Assembly: GCA_963675665.1 (NCBI GenBank)
Contig: OY776510.1
Location: 4,864,001-4,928,000, forward strand
Direction: 5' to 3'
DNA length: 64,000 bases
DNA from: Spirochaetia bacterium
GTDB lineage: Bacteria > Spirochaetota > Spirochaetia > UBA9216
Shown: piece after piece, positions 26,596 through 37,395 of the stretch
How positions within the stretch are numbered: position 1 is the stretch's first letter
How the letters are laid out: each line of letters opens with the position of its first letter
The notes under the pieces: generated by a model
Told to the model about the DNA's origin: nothing
Databases searched by the model: none
The model's input: only the letters and a program-made list of their open reading frames with translations
Translations under genes and position numbers: made by a program

Positions 26596-27126
26596 ATGAA
26601 GGCGCTCGTAACCTTCTACCGCTGGCTTAATCATTTTATCGAAAAGCTGGCATTGGTTTTAATTGTTATTATCACATCCGTAACAATGTACCGCGTTATC
26701 ATGCGGTTTTTTTTTAACTCTACCCCGTCCTGGACTGAAGAGTTCACTTGTATTCTGATTATCTGGATTGCTCTTTTAGGACTGGCAATCGGAGTCAGAG
26801 AAAAACTGCATCTCAGTATTACCCTGTTTTATGACAAATTGCCGAAAACGGCTCAAAAGGTTCTCAGCGCAGTAATATACATCGGTCAATTTATTCTGGG
26901 TATTTATTTTGTGACAGAGGGAATAAGTATTTCCATACGCCAATCCAGCGCGACAATGTCCGTTGTTAAACTGCACCCGTTTACTGATCAATTAATGCCG
27001 AACAGCATTCTTTATCTCGGTCTGCCTGTAACGGGCGCATTGATTCTTATTTATACTATCATACAGATTTTTGATAAAAAAGATGTATTCAAGATCACAT
27101 CGCTGGATACGGAGGATTTTCACTAA
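26596..27126 (+). CDS. dctQ: TRAP transporter small permease (DctQ)
   Basis: VIMRFFF...SWTEE and HLSI, four TM helices. Start after AAGGAGG. Confidence 0.92.
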   Translation: MKALVTFYRWLNHFIEKLALVLIVIITSVTMYRVIMRFFFNSTPSWTEEFTCILIIWIALLGLAIGVREKLHLSITLFYDKLPKTAQKVLSAVIYIGQFILGIYFVTEGISISIRQSSATMSVVKLHPFTDQLMPNSILYLGLPVTGALILIYTIIQIFDKKDVFKITSLDTEDFH

Positions 27127-28409
27127 TGGCTATAGCAATATTACTCGGCTCATTCTTTTTAATGTTGATAATCCGCATGCCCATCGCAATTTCGCTTGCC
27201 CTCTCTTCGGTATTTACAGCTATGTATATGGGGATACCGGTCGCATCTGTGTTGCAGAGGATGGTCAACGGCGTTAACAAGGTGTCGCTTCTGGCTGTCC
27301 CGTTCTTTATTTTTGCAGGGCAGCTGATGGGTGCAGGCGGTATTTCCAGACGGCTTGTTGATCTTTCAAACGTGCTGGTCGGTCGTTTCAGGGGAGGCCT
27401 AGCACAGGTTAATATACTGACAAGTATGTTTTTTGGGGGTATTTCAGGCTCTTCAGTCGCCGACACATCTTCAATCGGAGCAATTATGATACCGATGATG
27501 AAAAAAGACGGCTACGACGCCGACTTTGCAACCTCGGTAACCATCTCAAGCTCAACACAGGGGATATTGATTCCGCCGAGCCATAACATGATTATATACG
27601 CACTGGCAGCCGGAGTTAATATCTCTGTGGGCATGATGTTTATCGGCGGTTTAATACCGGGAATAGTGCTTGGCGTCAGCATGATGATCCTTACATGGTT
27701 TATATCCATGAAGCGAAAATATCCCAAGGGCGGAAAAATCGGCCTGAAAGATTCAATCATAATAATAAAAGATGCAATTCTCGGCCTTCTTACCCCTGTG
27801 ATCATTGTTGGCGGCGTAATTACAGGTGTTTTTACTGCTACGGAATCCGCTGCAATTGCATGTTTCTGGTCATTCATCGTTTCGTTCTTCATTTACAGAG
27901 AGGTGCCGATTAGCGAGTTTTCGCCAATCTTAAAACGCACCTTCAAAACACTGATTATCGTATTGCCTGTAATAGCAGCGGCAAACGCTTTCGGCTTTAT
28001 GCTGGCGTACCTCAGATTACCCAAAATAGCGTCAGAATTCCTGCTGGGCCTTACAGCAAACAAATATCTTATTCTGCTGATCATGAACCTTATCCTGCTG
28101 GTTCTCGGCATGATAATGGATATGGCCCCGCTGATTATGATATGCACGCCTATTCTGTTGCCGGTAGCGATGGGAGTAGGACTTCACCCGGTACATTTCG
28201 GTATTGTAATGATGCTGAATCTTGCAATCGGTCTTATCACTCCTCCGGTCGGAGTAACACTATTTGTAGGAAGTTCAATCGGAAAGAGTTCGATAGAAAA
28301 AGTATCAAAAGCGAACCTGCCGTTTTATATTCTGATGTTCGGCGTACTGCTTCTTATAACCTATATCCCGCCGATTGTAATGTTTCTGCCTAATCTTCTG
28401 ATGGGTTAG
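27126..28409 (+). CDS. dctM: TRAP transporter large permease (DctM)
   Basis: LLAVPFFI, FGGISGSSVAD, LIPPS, FTATES and TPPVG. Confidence 0.96.
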   Translation: MAIAILLGSFFLMLIIRMPIAISLALSSVFTAMYMGIPVASVLQRMVNGVNKVSLLAVPFFIFAGQLMGAGGISRRLVDLSNVLVGRFRGGLAQVNILTSMFFGGISGSSVADTSSIGAIMIPMMKKDGYDADFATSVTISSSTQGILIPPSHNMIIYALAAGVNISVGMMFIGGLIPGIVLGVSMMILTWFISMKRKYPKGGKIGLKDSIIIIKDAILGLLTPVIIVGGVITGVFTATESAAIACFWSFIVSFFIYREVPISEFSPILKRTFKTLIIVLPVIAAANAFGFMLAYLRLPKIASEFLLGLTANKYLILLIMNLILLVLGMIMDMAPLIMICTPILLPVAMGVGLHPVHFGIVMMLNLAIGLITPPVGVTLFVGSSIGKSSIEKVSKANLPFYILMFGVLLLITYIPPIVMFLPNLLMG

Positions 28410-28428
28410 AAGAAACCGAACTTGATAC

Positions 28429-28468
28429 ACAGGGCCGTTCAGAACCGAAATGTTTTGAACAGCCCTGT
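28429..28468. terminator. Stem-loop between convergent dctM and the NADH oxidase gene
   Basis: ACAGGGCCGTTCAGAAC...GTTTTGAACAGCCCTGT. Confidence 0.6.
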
Positions 28469-28471
28469 CGG

Positions 28472-29845
28472 TTAAAACATTGCCTTAATTAATGCAGCTG
28501 CCTGGCGCTGACGTCCCCAACCGCTTTTAATCAAAGCATCGCCGGTTGCATTAATAATCGGATAGGCAATTGGAGATGAAGTAAGAAGCGGATGTGTTCC
28601 AAGCTGGAGCGTATCTATTTCAGTATCTGTAAAACCTTTTTGCACCATAACCGAAAGGATATTAATCATCTCGCCTACACTTTTCCCTCCGGAAACCTGG
28701 GCGCCGAGAAGGGTATGCGAATTAGCCGAAAAAAGAAGTTTTACCTTCAGCATCGCAGCATCCTTAATTTTCCCGGGGTGTCTGTCCGGGGCATTTGCAA
28801 CTCCGGTTACATAATTAAAACCAAGTTTGACAGCCTGGGTTTCCGTCAGGCCGGTAGCGCCGATTGACAGATCTCCAAAGCTTGTAGAGAAAGTGCCCAA
28901 TGTTCCCTTGAATCCCCTGATAAGATTCAGTTCATACAAATTTGAACCTGCAAGACGCCCTTCAGCCATTGCAGTGGAAGCAAGCATTAGGCTTACCTGA
29001 ATTCTTGAAAAATATTCCCGCTTTACAGCACAATCACCTACTGCAAAAACACCTTCTTCAGATGTTCGCATATATTCATCCGTTTTGATAAATCCATTTT
29101 GAATTTCAACACCAAGTTTTTCCGCAAGCTCAATGTTCGGATCGTATCCGATAGCAAAGATCACCAGATCTGATTTTACTGTTGTTCCGTCGCCCAGAAC
29201 GACTCCTGTAACAGAACTTTCTCCTGTAAGTCTCTGTATTGAAGTTCCGCTTAAAACCCTGGCTCCCATTTTTTCCATTTCGCCGATAGCCTGTTCGCAG
29301 AACTCCGGATCAAAAGCAGCACGGAGGATACGGCTTCTACAGCATATGGTAACATTCTTGCCCAGTTTTAATATTTCATCAGCTATTTCAAGTCCAATAA
29401 ATCCGCCGCCTATGATAAAAATATTTTCAGCTTCAGCAATCTTTTCTTTCATCTCAGTAAGGAAGTCAAATTTCTTATGTATTACCATCACGCCTTTTAA
29501 TCCGGAACCGTCAATTTCCGGAACCTTCGGTCGTGATCCTGTTGCAAGAACAAGCTTGTCAAAATTGACGTTCTCTCCGGATTCCGTTACAGCTGTTCTC
29601 CCGTCAAAACCGTTTACTTTATCAACAACAATTGAAATATTGTCGTCGACAAGCCCCTTATCCGGCAGGATATTGTGCTCAACCTTTTCGAGTGATGAAA
29701 TGACATAGGGTATTCCGCACGGTATAACCGATACCGGATCACTTCGGATTAAAGTGATTTTCTTTTCCGGGTAAGTATGCGCGGCAGATCTTGCACACGC
29801 AAAGCCCGCAGGCCCTCCTCCGATTATTAATACATCGGTATTCAT
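28472..29845 (-). CDS. FAD-dependent pyridine nucleotide-disulfide oxidoreductase (NADH oxidase/CoA-disulfide reductase family)
   Basis: GGGPAG, redox Cys in IPCGIPY, LVLATGS, GGGFIGLE, FAVGDC and HP.L. Start at 29845, after GGAGGAG. Confidence 0.9.
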   Translation of the reverse strand: MNTDVLIIGGGPAGFACARSAAHTYPEKKITLIRSDPVSVIPCGIPYVISSLEKVEHNILPDKGLVDDNISIVVDKVNGFDGRTAVTESGENVNFDKLVLATGSRPKVPEIDGSGLKGVMVIHKKFDFLTEMKEKIAEAENIFIIGGGFIGLEIADEILKLGKNVTICCRSRILRAAFDPEFCEQAIGEMEKMGARVLSGTSIQRLTGESSVTGVVLGDGTTVKSDLVIFAIGYDPNIELAEKLGVEIQNGFIKTDEYMRTSEEGVFAVGDCAVKREYFSRIQVSLMLASTAMAEGRLAGSNLYELNLIRGFKGTLGTFSTSFGDLSIGATGLTETQAVKLGFNYVTGVANAPDRHPGKIKDAAMLKVKLLFSANSHTLLGAQVSGGKSVGEMINILSVMVQKGFTDTEIDTLQLGTHPLLTSSPIAYPIINATGDALIKSGWGRQRQAAALIKAMF

Positions 29846-30021
29846 AAGACTCTCCTCCCCCTCCAAAGTTCCGGGGTATATTTAAAGAACTTCTTTAGGG
29901 ATTTCTAATTTTATTACATTTACATATTATATTACGAGTTCCGCAGTAGAACAAGCCTGAAATTCATTTATCCTCTGTTACAGGACTGTTATAGAATGAA
30001 TTTCGTAGATTTAATTGGTAA

Positions 30022-30147
30022 TCAGTACAGTCTCCGGGATGAAAGACCGTTTCTCAGGAATATGAATCTCCGTTGGTATAGTAGGGTAAACAGGAAAAAA
30101 CAGCATATATAAAATAAAAGCGCTACGCTTACAAGAATCCTTTTCAT
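30022..30147 (-). CDS. Possible 41-aa small membrane protein
   Basis: AGGGG-5nt-ATG, then MKRILVSVALLFYICCFFLFTLLYQRRFIFLRNGLSSRRLY (one hydrophobic helix flanked by basic residues). Confidence 0.3.
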   Translation of the reverse strand: MKRILVSVALLFYICCFFLFTLLYQRRFIFLRNGLSSRRLY

Positions 30148-30200
30148 ACAATCCCCTGTCGTCAATTCAACACTTTTAAAGAAACAAAATATCACCGGGG

Positions 30201-31670
30201 TTAAAGCAGCGGAGCAATAATCCTGAATAATGAATTTCTGAGTTTTGCCGGAAAGCTTAAATTTTCACAATCTTCAAGACTGATCTTCCTGCAATTCAAC
30301 AGGTCCTCATCGAAAACTCTTTTAAGAACCATGGCCCTTGCTGTATCATAAATCACCGCATTAACTTCATAATGAAGCTGAAAACTTCGTATATCCATAT
30401 TGCAGGTGCCGGTAGTAGCAATCTTCCCGTCGGCTATTAGAAATTTGCTGTGATAAAAGCCTTCCTGATATTGATAAAACTCCACCCCGGATTCAATCAG
30501 TCTTTCATAATAGGTATGAGCTACCCAGAAAGGGACCCATTTATCCGGAGGTGAACCGGCCATTATGACCCTGACCCTGACTCCTGCCAGGGAGGCTGTA
30601 ATCAGGGCTTCTTCAATAGCCACATCAATTACAAAATAAGGACTGGCTATAAGTATTTCCTCATTTGCATTGCTTATCATATTGAAATACAGATCCTTCA
30701 GGCTGTGCCAGTCGGAATCAGGCCCGCTTGTAACTATCTGAACAGGAAGATTATCAAAACTTTCTTTCGATGCAATAATATAGTCTTTTTCATTCTGAAT
30801 CTTCCCGCCGCTGTTCTCCCAATCTGCAAGAAATACAGCCTGAAGAAGACTGACAGTATCGCCGTTCAGTCTCATATGCGTATCACGCCAGGACTTGAAT
30901 CTTTTGCCTCCGTCAATATATTCACTGCCTATATTCATTCCCCCACTGTATGCTGTTTTTCCGTCGACAACGACTATTTTCCGGTGGTTACAGTAATTTA
31001 AAAGCCATCCGCTTAAAGGGTTGAGCGGATCCAGGAAATATCTTATCAGGACACCTGCTTTCCTCAGGCTTCTTTTATACTTCAGGCTCATCATTCGGTA
31101 ACACCCTACCCCGTCGAAGAGCAACCTTATTTCAACACCTTCAGAAGCCTTTCTGATCAGCACCTTCCTGATTCTTTCACCGAGCGCGTCGGACCGCCAG
31201 ATAAAGTATTCCATGTGAATTGAACGTTCGGCTTTTTCCAGATCATTTATCAAATCATTGAACAACTCTTCTCCATTACTATAAAATGAAATAAGGTTAT
31301 TCATAGTCATGATTGCTCCGCTGCTTTTAAGAAGCATTCGGATATTCTTTACTGCATCATTTTCATATTCCGGCGGTATATTCTTTAAAAACAGCTGCTG
31401 CCGCTGTATCAGCTCGCCGAGATTGTCCTTAAACAGGCGTTCCGGAATATGTTTGACTATTTTCCGCTTTTTCCAGTTTACGCCATTCAGAAAATAGAAA
31501 GGGATTCCTAGTACCGGCAGGAAATACAGTATAAGCAGCATGGAAATGGACCAGGCAGGGTCCCGGTTGTCAAGAAGAATTCTTATAGTTATTGCTATAA
31601 CTATCAAATAGAAGACAATGTTAAGGTAGTAGCCGAATGAAAAGCGTGCAAAAAAAGGAAGCATCGGCAT
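30201..31670 (-). CDS. cls: Cardiolipin synthase
   Basis: Two N-terminal TM helices and two HKD motifs (NHRKIVVVDG, YHSKFLIADG); SGPD and SPYF. Confidence 0.93.
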   Translation of the reverse strand: MPMLPFFARFSFGYYLNIVFYLIVIAITIRILLDNRDPAWSISMLLILYFLPVLGIPFYFLNGVNWKKRKIVKHIPERLFKDNLGELIQRQQLFLKNIPPEYENDAVKNIRMLLKSSGAIMTMNNLISFYSNGEELFNDLINDLEKAERSIHMEYFIWRSDALGERIRKVLIRKASEGVEIRLLFDGVGCYRMMSLKYKRSLRKAGVLIRYFLDPLNPLSGWLLNYCNHRKIVVVDGKTAYSGGMNIGSEYIDGGKRFKSWRDTHMRLNGDTVSLLQAVFLADWENSGGKIQNEKDYIIASKESFDNLPVQIVTSGPDSDWHSLKDLYFNMISNANEEILIASPYFVIDVAIEEALITASLAGVRVRVIMAGSPPDKWVPFWVAHTYYERLIESGVEFYQYQEGFYHSKFLIADGKIATTGTCNMDIRSFQLHYEVNAVIYDTARAMVLKRVFDEDLLNCRKISLEDCENLSFPAKLRNSLFRIIAPLL

Positions 31671-31676
31671 ATCTGA

Positions 31677-33191
31677 CTAATCCGCCCAGTTTAGAGTTTT
31701 ATCTACAGCTTTGTTCCAGAGGCCATATTTCTCAATACGTTTTTCAGCTTTTATTTCCGGCAGCCATCGGCAATCTTCACTCCAGTGTTTTTTTAACTGG
31801 TCCGTATTTTTCCAGAACCCGCACGACAGGCCGGCGGCATATGCCGCCCCCAGGGCTGTAGTTTCGGTAACAGCAGGCCGGACCACCGGAACATCAAGCA
31901 TATCTGCCTGAAACTGCATCAGCATGTTATTGGCGGTCATACCTCCGTCTACCTTCAGAGACGATATTGAAATGCCGGCGTCTTTTTCCATTGCGTCAAA
32001 GATCTCTTTTGTCTGGAACGCGGTAGATTCAAGCACTGCCCTGGCTATATGCGATTTATTAACAAATCCTGTCAGCCCGGCGATTATTCCCCGCGCATCA
32101 GGACGCCACCTGGGCGCGAACAGACCTGAAAAAGCCGGGACAAAGTATACGCCCCCGCAGTCTTCAACTTTCAGTGCGAGTTTTTCAATGTCTCCGGATT
32201 TATCTATCAGTCCCAGGTTGTCCCGGACCCACTGTACCAGAGCCCCGGCAACAGCAATGGATCCTTCGAGGGCATATACGGCGGCTTCATCCCCGATTTT
32301 ATAAAGGAGGGTCGTAAGCAGGCCGTACCGCGATTGTACAGCTTCAGCTCCTGTATTGGCCAGCATGAAACAGCCCGTACCGTATGTGTTCTTGCTTGTG
32401 CCCTGATCAAAGCAGGCCTGTCCGAACATTGCGGCTTGCTGGTCACCAAGAATTCCGCATACGGGAATTTCAGCCCCAAAGGCCCCGCTTTTACGGGTGT
32501 ATCCGTATGCCTTGGACGGCACCGATGATACAATTTCAGGTAATACGGAAACCGGAACTTCAAATTGCCCAAGCAAATCATCATCCCACTTTAATGAGGC
32601 GAGATCCATAAGCATTGTCCGGCTTGCGTTCGTTACATCGGTGACAAAAGCTCCGCCGTCACGGCCCCCGGTAAGTTTCCATACAAGCCAGCTGTCGATC
32701 GTCCCGATCATTGCCCGACCGTCTTTAACAGCATCAGCAACCGTTTTTGAATTACGCATCAGCCACTGTATTTTAGTAGCTGAAAAATAGGTGGCAAGAG
32801 GCAACCCGGTCTTGCCCCTGAAGCGGTCGGAGCCACCGTCACGCGAGAGCTCGGCGACAATATCGGAAGTCCTTGTATCCTGCCAGACTATAGCATTATG
32901 CAGCGGCTGCCCGGTGGTACGGTCCCATGCAACGGTTGTTTCACGCTGATTGGTAATCCCGACAGCGGCCACCTCTTCAGGGCGTACATCATTATCGGCC
33001 AGAACGGTGATCACGGTTTTTCGCGTGTTCTCCCATATTTCAAGCGGGTCGTGTTCTACCCATCCAGGTTTTGGAAAAATCTGCCTGTGTTCGATTTGAT
33101 TAGAAAAAACAGGGTTCCCGTTCGTATCAAAAAGAATAAATCTGGTACTTGTTGTTCCCTGATCAATTGCTCCGATAAATTTATGCTGCAT
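31677..33191 (-). CDS. glpK: Glycerol kinase
   Basis: [42 protein letters not shown] and YALEGSI. Start at the ATG at 33191. Confidence 0.96.
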   Translation of the reverse strand: MQHKFIGAIDQGTTSTRFILFDTNGNPVFSNQIEHRQIFPKPGWVEHDPLEIWENTRKTVITVLADNDVRPEEVAAVGITNQRETTVAWDRTTGQPLHNAIVWQDTRTSDIVAELSRDGGSDRFRGKTGLPLATYFSATKIQWLMRNSKTVADAVKDGRAMIGTIDSWLVWKLTGGRDGGAFVTDVTNASRTMLMDLASLKWDDDLLGQFEVPVSVLPEIVSSVPSKAYGYTRKSGAFGAEIPVCGILGDQQAAMFGQACFDQGTSKNTYGTGCFMLANTGAEAVQSRYGLLTTLLYKIGDEAAVYALEGSIAVAGALVQWVRDNLGLIDKSGDIEKLALKVEDCGGVYFVPAFSGLFAPRWRPDARGIIAGLTGFVNKSHIARAVLESTAFQTKEIFDAMEKDAGISISSLKVDGGMTANNMLMQFQADMLDVPVVRPAVTETTALGAAYAAGLSCGFWKNTDQLKKHWSEDCRWLPEIKAEKRIEKYGLWNKAVDKTLNWAD

Positions 33192-33312
33192 GGCGACCTC
33201 CGTCAGTAATTTCCTTTTGACCATTTTATTCTTAAAAAATGAATTCTTCAATGAAAATAAGTTTGTGATGGCGCACCTTGCAAGTTAAAGCCTTTAGCTC
33301 TATATTCATGTG

Positions 33313-34464
33313 ATGGAAACAATTAATCTTAAAATTGATTCGCTGTCATACGGCGGCAACGGTGTCGGCCGCCATGAAGGCATAGTATATTTTGTTCCTT
33401 TCAGCGCGCCCGGAGATCTGCTTGAAGTTCAGATCACACAAAAAGAAAAACGTTACAGATATGCAGATATAATCAGGATAATCGAACCGTCGCCTGAACG
33501 GGTTACACCCCCATGCCCCCACGCCGGGAGTTGTGGCGGCTGCCAGTGGCAGCATATAAATTACGTAACGCAAACTGAAAGCAAGACCGGGGAACTTAAA
33601 ACGGCGCTTCTTAAGCTTCGACTTAATGAGGCAGCTGAAAAAATCAATACAATAATCGCTTCTCCGAAACAGTTCGGCTACAGGCGAACAGCCAGATTCA
33701 AGACAGAACCATCCGACGGCAAAGAATCACTTGATTTCGGATTTTACAGGTCCGGCAGCCGTGATCTGATAAAAATCAGTAACTGCATGCTGCTGGAGCA
33801 GCAGATAAATGAGTTCCTGCCCCAACTCAGGCTTAATGACAACAATCTTGTTGGTTTTGATTTGTTTATGGATGAAGAAAAAGAAGTGCATCCATTCTAT
33901 CGGTTTTCGGAAAAAGATCCGGGCGCTGATTTTTTCCAGGTTAACAGCGAAGTTAACAGGTTATTGATCGATTACATAAACAAAATCATTCGCGGGAAGA
34001 CATCAGAGCGAAAGCCCCGGATTATGGATCTTTATTGCGGAGACGGGAACCTCAGCCTGCCTTTTGCAGATATAGCAGCCTCCATAGCCGCCTGGGACAA
34101 TTCAAAAACGGCAATTGACAGGGGAAGAATAAAAGCTGAAAACGCAATGAACAGAAACCCGGGCTGTAAAATAAAATTCTTCAATGCCGATGTTTCCCGT
34201 TCCTGGAAAAATATTTCAGGCTATGCGAGAAACACCGACTGTATAATAATTGATCCGCCACGCCGCGGTTTAAAAAACCAGACGGCACGACTTGCAGGGC
34301 TTAAAGTGCCCATAATAGTTTACATATCCTGCTCTCCGCCGGCGCTTGTCCGCGACCTTGCGGACCTTGAGAAAGCAGGGTATACCGTTCAGGAGCTGCA
34401 GCCGTTTGATATGTTCCCGCAGACCTATCATCTTGAAACGGTTACGGTGCTTGTCAAAAAGTAA
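33313..34464 (+). CDS. rlmD: 23S rRNA m5U methyltransferase (RlmD/TrmA family)
   Basis: TRAM domain, C.....CGGC.WQH, FFQVN, DLYCG.G, IDPPRRG, YISC and DMFPQT.HLE. Confidence 0.88.
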   Translation: METINLKIDSLSYGGNGVGRHEGIVYFVPFSAPGDLLEVQITQKEKRYRYADIIRIIEPSPERVTPPCPHAGSCGGCQWQHINYVTQTESKTGELKTALLKLRLNEAAEKINTIIASPKQFGYRRTARFKTEPSDGKESLDFGFYRSGSRDLIKISNCMLLEQQINEFLPQLRLNDNNLVGFDLFMDEEKEVHPFYRFSEKDPGADFFQVNSEVNRLLIDYINKIIRGKTSERKPRIMDLYCGDGNLSLPFADIAASIAAWDNSKTAIDRGRIKAENAMNRNPGCKIKFFNADVSRSWKNISGYARNTDCIIIDPPRRGLKNQTARLAGLKVPIIVYISCSPPALVRDLADLEKAGYTVQELQPFDMFPQTYHLETVTVLVKK

Positions 34465-34513
34465 TCTTTATACAGCCATATTTCGGATAGAAGAAAGTTG
34501 TTCTTATTACACC

Positions 34514-35329
34514 CTATTTAAAAATTGAAAATCCGCCGTCTACAACAAGGTTATGCCCGGTAACATAAGCCGAGGCCTCTGACGCCAGAAAAAGCGCAGC
34601 GCCTTTCAAATCAACTCCCATTTGCCCCCATCTTCCCAGCATAGTTCTGTCTGCATATTCATTTGTGAACCTTTCAGGAAGAAGGCCCTTGTCAAATCCA
34701 CCGGGAGAAATTGAATTTACCCTGATACCAAAGCGGCCAAGGGATGCCGCAAGATCCCTGCTTAACCCTATTACTCCTGCTTTCGCGGCTGCGTAATCTA
34801 CAGGTTGGGATTTCATCATACTATCCTCGTATAGATGTCTGTCCCTTCCGACAAGACCGGCAATCGAAGCTATATTTATAATAACCCCCTTTTTACGGTC
34901 CTTCATTACCCTTGCAGCTTCCCTGCAACAATGCAATACTCCGACAAGATTAATATTTAACAGATTTTCGGAATCTTCAGGAGTACGTTCAAAGATATTT
35001 CCTTCACTACCGCCAACGCCTCCACCGGCATTATTTATCAGAATATCCAGACGGCCTTTCCACGAAGCCGATTTTTCTACCATTTTCAAACAGGAATCTG
35101 ATGACCTTTGATCGAGCTCTACTCCCATGGTATCTATCAAAGGAAATTTTTCTTTTAATTTCTTTGCAGTAAACGTTGCCCGTTTTAAGTCGCGTGAGGT
35201 TACAACAATATTACACCCGGCATCAGCCAAGGCACACGCCATATCAAAACCCAACCAGGAATGAGCTCCAGTTACTATGGCCACATGGTCAGTAAGACTA
35301 AATAAATTAAAAACTGAATTATCCGACAT
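34514..35329 (-). CDS. SDR family oxidoreductase
   Basis: TGAHSWLG, NNAG, YAAAK and TGHNLVVDGG. True start taken as MSDNS at 35329. Confidence 0.9.
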   Translation of the reverse strand: MSDNSVFNLFSLTDHVAIVTGAHSWLGFDMACALADAGCNIVVTSRDLKRATFTAKKLKEKFPLIDTMGVELDQRSSDSCLKMVEKSASWKGRLDILINNAGGGVGGSEGNIFERTPEDSENLLNINLVGVLHCCREAARVMKDRKKGVIINIASIAGLVGRDRHLYEDSMMKSQPVDYAAAKAGVIGLSRDLAASLGRFGIRVNSISPGGFDKGLLPERFTNEYADRTMLGRWGQMGVDLKGAALFLASEASAYVTGHNLVVDGGFSIFK

Positions 35330-36221
35330 TATATTCACCAGGCTTTCCAAGATATTTTTGAGCAGCAACAGAAACAATTCTTTTATCTTCATCATCCAAA
35401 GCAAGGAAAGGCCTTCTGGGTTCGCCAAATGGGATCCCGATACAGTCAAGAATATATTTCTGGGCAGCCATAAAACTTTTAGTATTTGATAAAGCTGATA
35501 TTACATTGTTAGCTTCAGTTTGCAGCCTTCTTGAAGCTTCAATTTCGCCAGTCTTATACAACTCAGTAATTCGTATAAATTTATCTGCCATGAAATTGAA
35601 AGTGCTGCCGATAGCACCGTCTGCTCCGGCTACCAAACCAGAAAGATACATTTCATCAAATCCGTTATAAACCAATAATTCAGGGGAATTATGTTTAATA
35701 CGTTCGAGATCGTAAAAATTCTCGGAAGTAAACTTAACTCCAATTATATATGGATTCTCCGTCAGATCAGCCAACACTTCCGGGGTCAGAATGACGCCGG
35801 ACAATCTCGGGAAATTATAAGGAATCAATGGTTTTTCAAGATTTTCAGCAAGATCCAGGTAATACCTGATTATTTCATTGACAGTAAATTTATAGTAAAA
35901 AGGAGGGATCGAAGATACCGCCTCAATATTCTGAAGGGAAGCTGCATGCTTTCCCAATTCCATAGTAAGATCTGTTCCGATTGATCCGATATGGGCAATA
36001 ATCCCGGCTCTTCCGGCAACCTGATCGCAGACAATTTCAAGTATATTCATACGTTCTTCGGGAGTTAAAAGAAAGGCTTCTCCGGTACTTCCACATACAT
36101 AAAAGCCGTCTACCCCTGTACTAATATTCTTTTCAACCAGCCCTCTTAATGCCGATTCATTTATTTTATTATCTGAAAAAGGAGTAAGAAGAGCTGTAAA
36201 TATTCCCTGAAGTAATTTCAT
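35319..36221 (-). CDS. nanA: N-acetylneuraminate lyase / DHDPS-family class I aldolase
   Basis: GIFTALLTPF, YVCGSTGE, PPFYY, YN.P.LSG, GVKFTS, GFDE and GAIGSTFN. Confidence 0.75.
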   Translation of the reverse strand: MKLLQGIFTALLTPFSDNKINESALRGLVEKNISTGVDGFYVCGSTGEAFLLTPEERMNILEIVCDQVAGRAGIIAHIGSIGTDLTMELGKHAASLQNIEAVSSIPPFYYKFTVNEIIRYYLDLAENLEKPLIPYNFPRLSGVILTPEVLADLTENPYIIGVKFTSENFYDLERIKHNSPELLVYNGFDEMYLSGLVAGADGAIGSTFNFMADKFIRITELYKTGEIEASRRLQTEANNVISALSNTKSFMAAQKYILDCIGIPFGEPRRPFLALDDEDKRIVSVAAQKYLGKPGEYNVG

Positions 36222-36289
36222 TTTCCCTCCAATAGATTTAAAAAAATAATATTCCCCGCTTATTAGATGGTTTATTCCGATCTATTTTC

Positions 36290-37333
36290 TTAATTTGATT
36301 CAAACCAGTTGTATGCTGTGCCGGTAGTTTTTCTTACAATAAGCTCTACATCAAGCTCATTGCTTAATGAAACCTTGTTGCTGTTTATTATATTTACCAG
36401 AATCGATACTCCGGTCTGCCCTTTTTTAAGGGTAGACTGATTAATTGTTGTAAGCGGAGGGTTCATTACCTTCGCCATTGGGATATCATCAAAACCCACA
36501 ACCGAAATATCTTCGGGAATCTTTAATCCCATCTCCTGTATTGCATTCATTACACCGAAAGCCATAAAGTCTCCCGCCACAAAAAACGCGGTAGGCTTGA
36601 CGGTTTTTACCAGTTTTTTGGTTATTAAATAACCGCTGTCTATATTGTTGGCGCCCTCGGTTATCAAAGACTGATCTATCCTGATACCGTTTTTCTTTAA
36701 CGCATCCATATAGCCCCTCAGCCTGTCTGCACTGCTGGACAGTATATCAGGACCGTTTATAAAACATATTTTCTTATGCCCAAGATCAATAAGATGTTCC
36801 GTTGCAATAAGCGCCCCTTTATAGTTATCTACACATACATGCGGGACATTAGTTACGCCGGGCATCCTTGAAGTCAGGACATACGGAATACCGGTTTCCT
36901 CTATTTTATCTATGATATCCCTGTGATTAAGCCCAGGACTTATAACAAGAAGCCCGTCTACCCTGTTCTGATAAATTACATCCAGATAATTATCTGAACG
37001 GCAATACAGAAGCAGAATGTAATATCCAAGCGTATCAGCTTCCTTGAATATTCCCCGGATGATCTCCTCATAAAAAGGGTTCATAAACACATAATCAATA
37101 TCATGTGGAATAAAAACACCGATTGTATTATTTTTCCTGATGGACATTCCTTTAGCCATGGCGCTCGGCTGATAATTGTATTTCTTTACAGTTTCAAGAA
37201 TCCTTTCCCTGGTCTCAGGAAGAATCTCTCCCTTATTATTCAACGCTCTTGATACTGTTGTTTTAGAAACCCCCAACTCATTCGCAATATCAGCAATAGT
37301 ATATTTTTTCTTTTTCTTAGGATAATGCTCCAT
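36290..37333 (-). CDS. LacI family transcriptional regulator (copy A)
   Basis: [30 protein letters not shown] and PPLTTI. Confidence 0.96.
   Translation of the reverse strand: MEHYPKKKKKYTIADIANELGVSKTTVSRALNNKGEILPETRERILETVKKYNYQPSAMAKGMSIRKNNTIGVFIPHDIDYVFMNPFYEEIIRGIFKEADTLGYYILLLYCRSDNYLDVIYQNRVDGLLVISPGLNHRDIIDKIEETGIPYVLTSRMPGVTNVPHVCVDNYKGALIATEHLIDLGHKKICFINGPDILSSSADRLRGYMDALKKNGIRIDQSLITEGANNIDSGYLITKKLVKTVKPTAFFVAGDFMAFGVMNAIQEMGLKIPEDISVVGFDDIPMAKVMNPPLTTINQSTLKKGQTGVSILVNIINSNKVSLSNELDVELIVRKTTGTAYNWFESN
36420..37213. repeat. Near-identical direct repeat shared with 47893-48686 (LacI coding core)
   Basis: By eye the two segments differ at about one position over about 790 bp; offset 11,473 bp. 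Confidence 0.9.
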
Positions 37334-37395
37334 AATAAATGTCCTTTAAATAAATAGCATGACCTCAGAATAATACACATTCCTCTAATTTTAAA

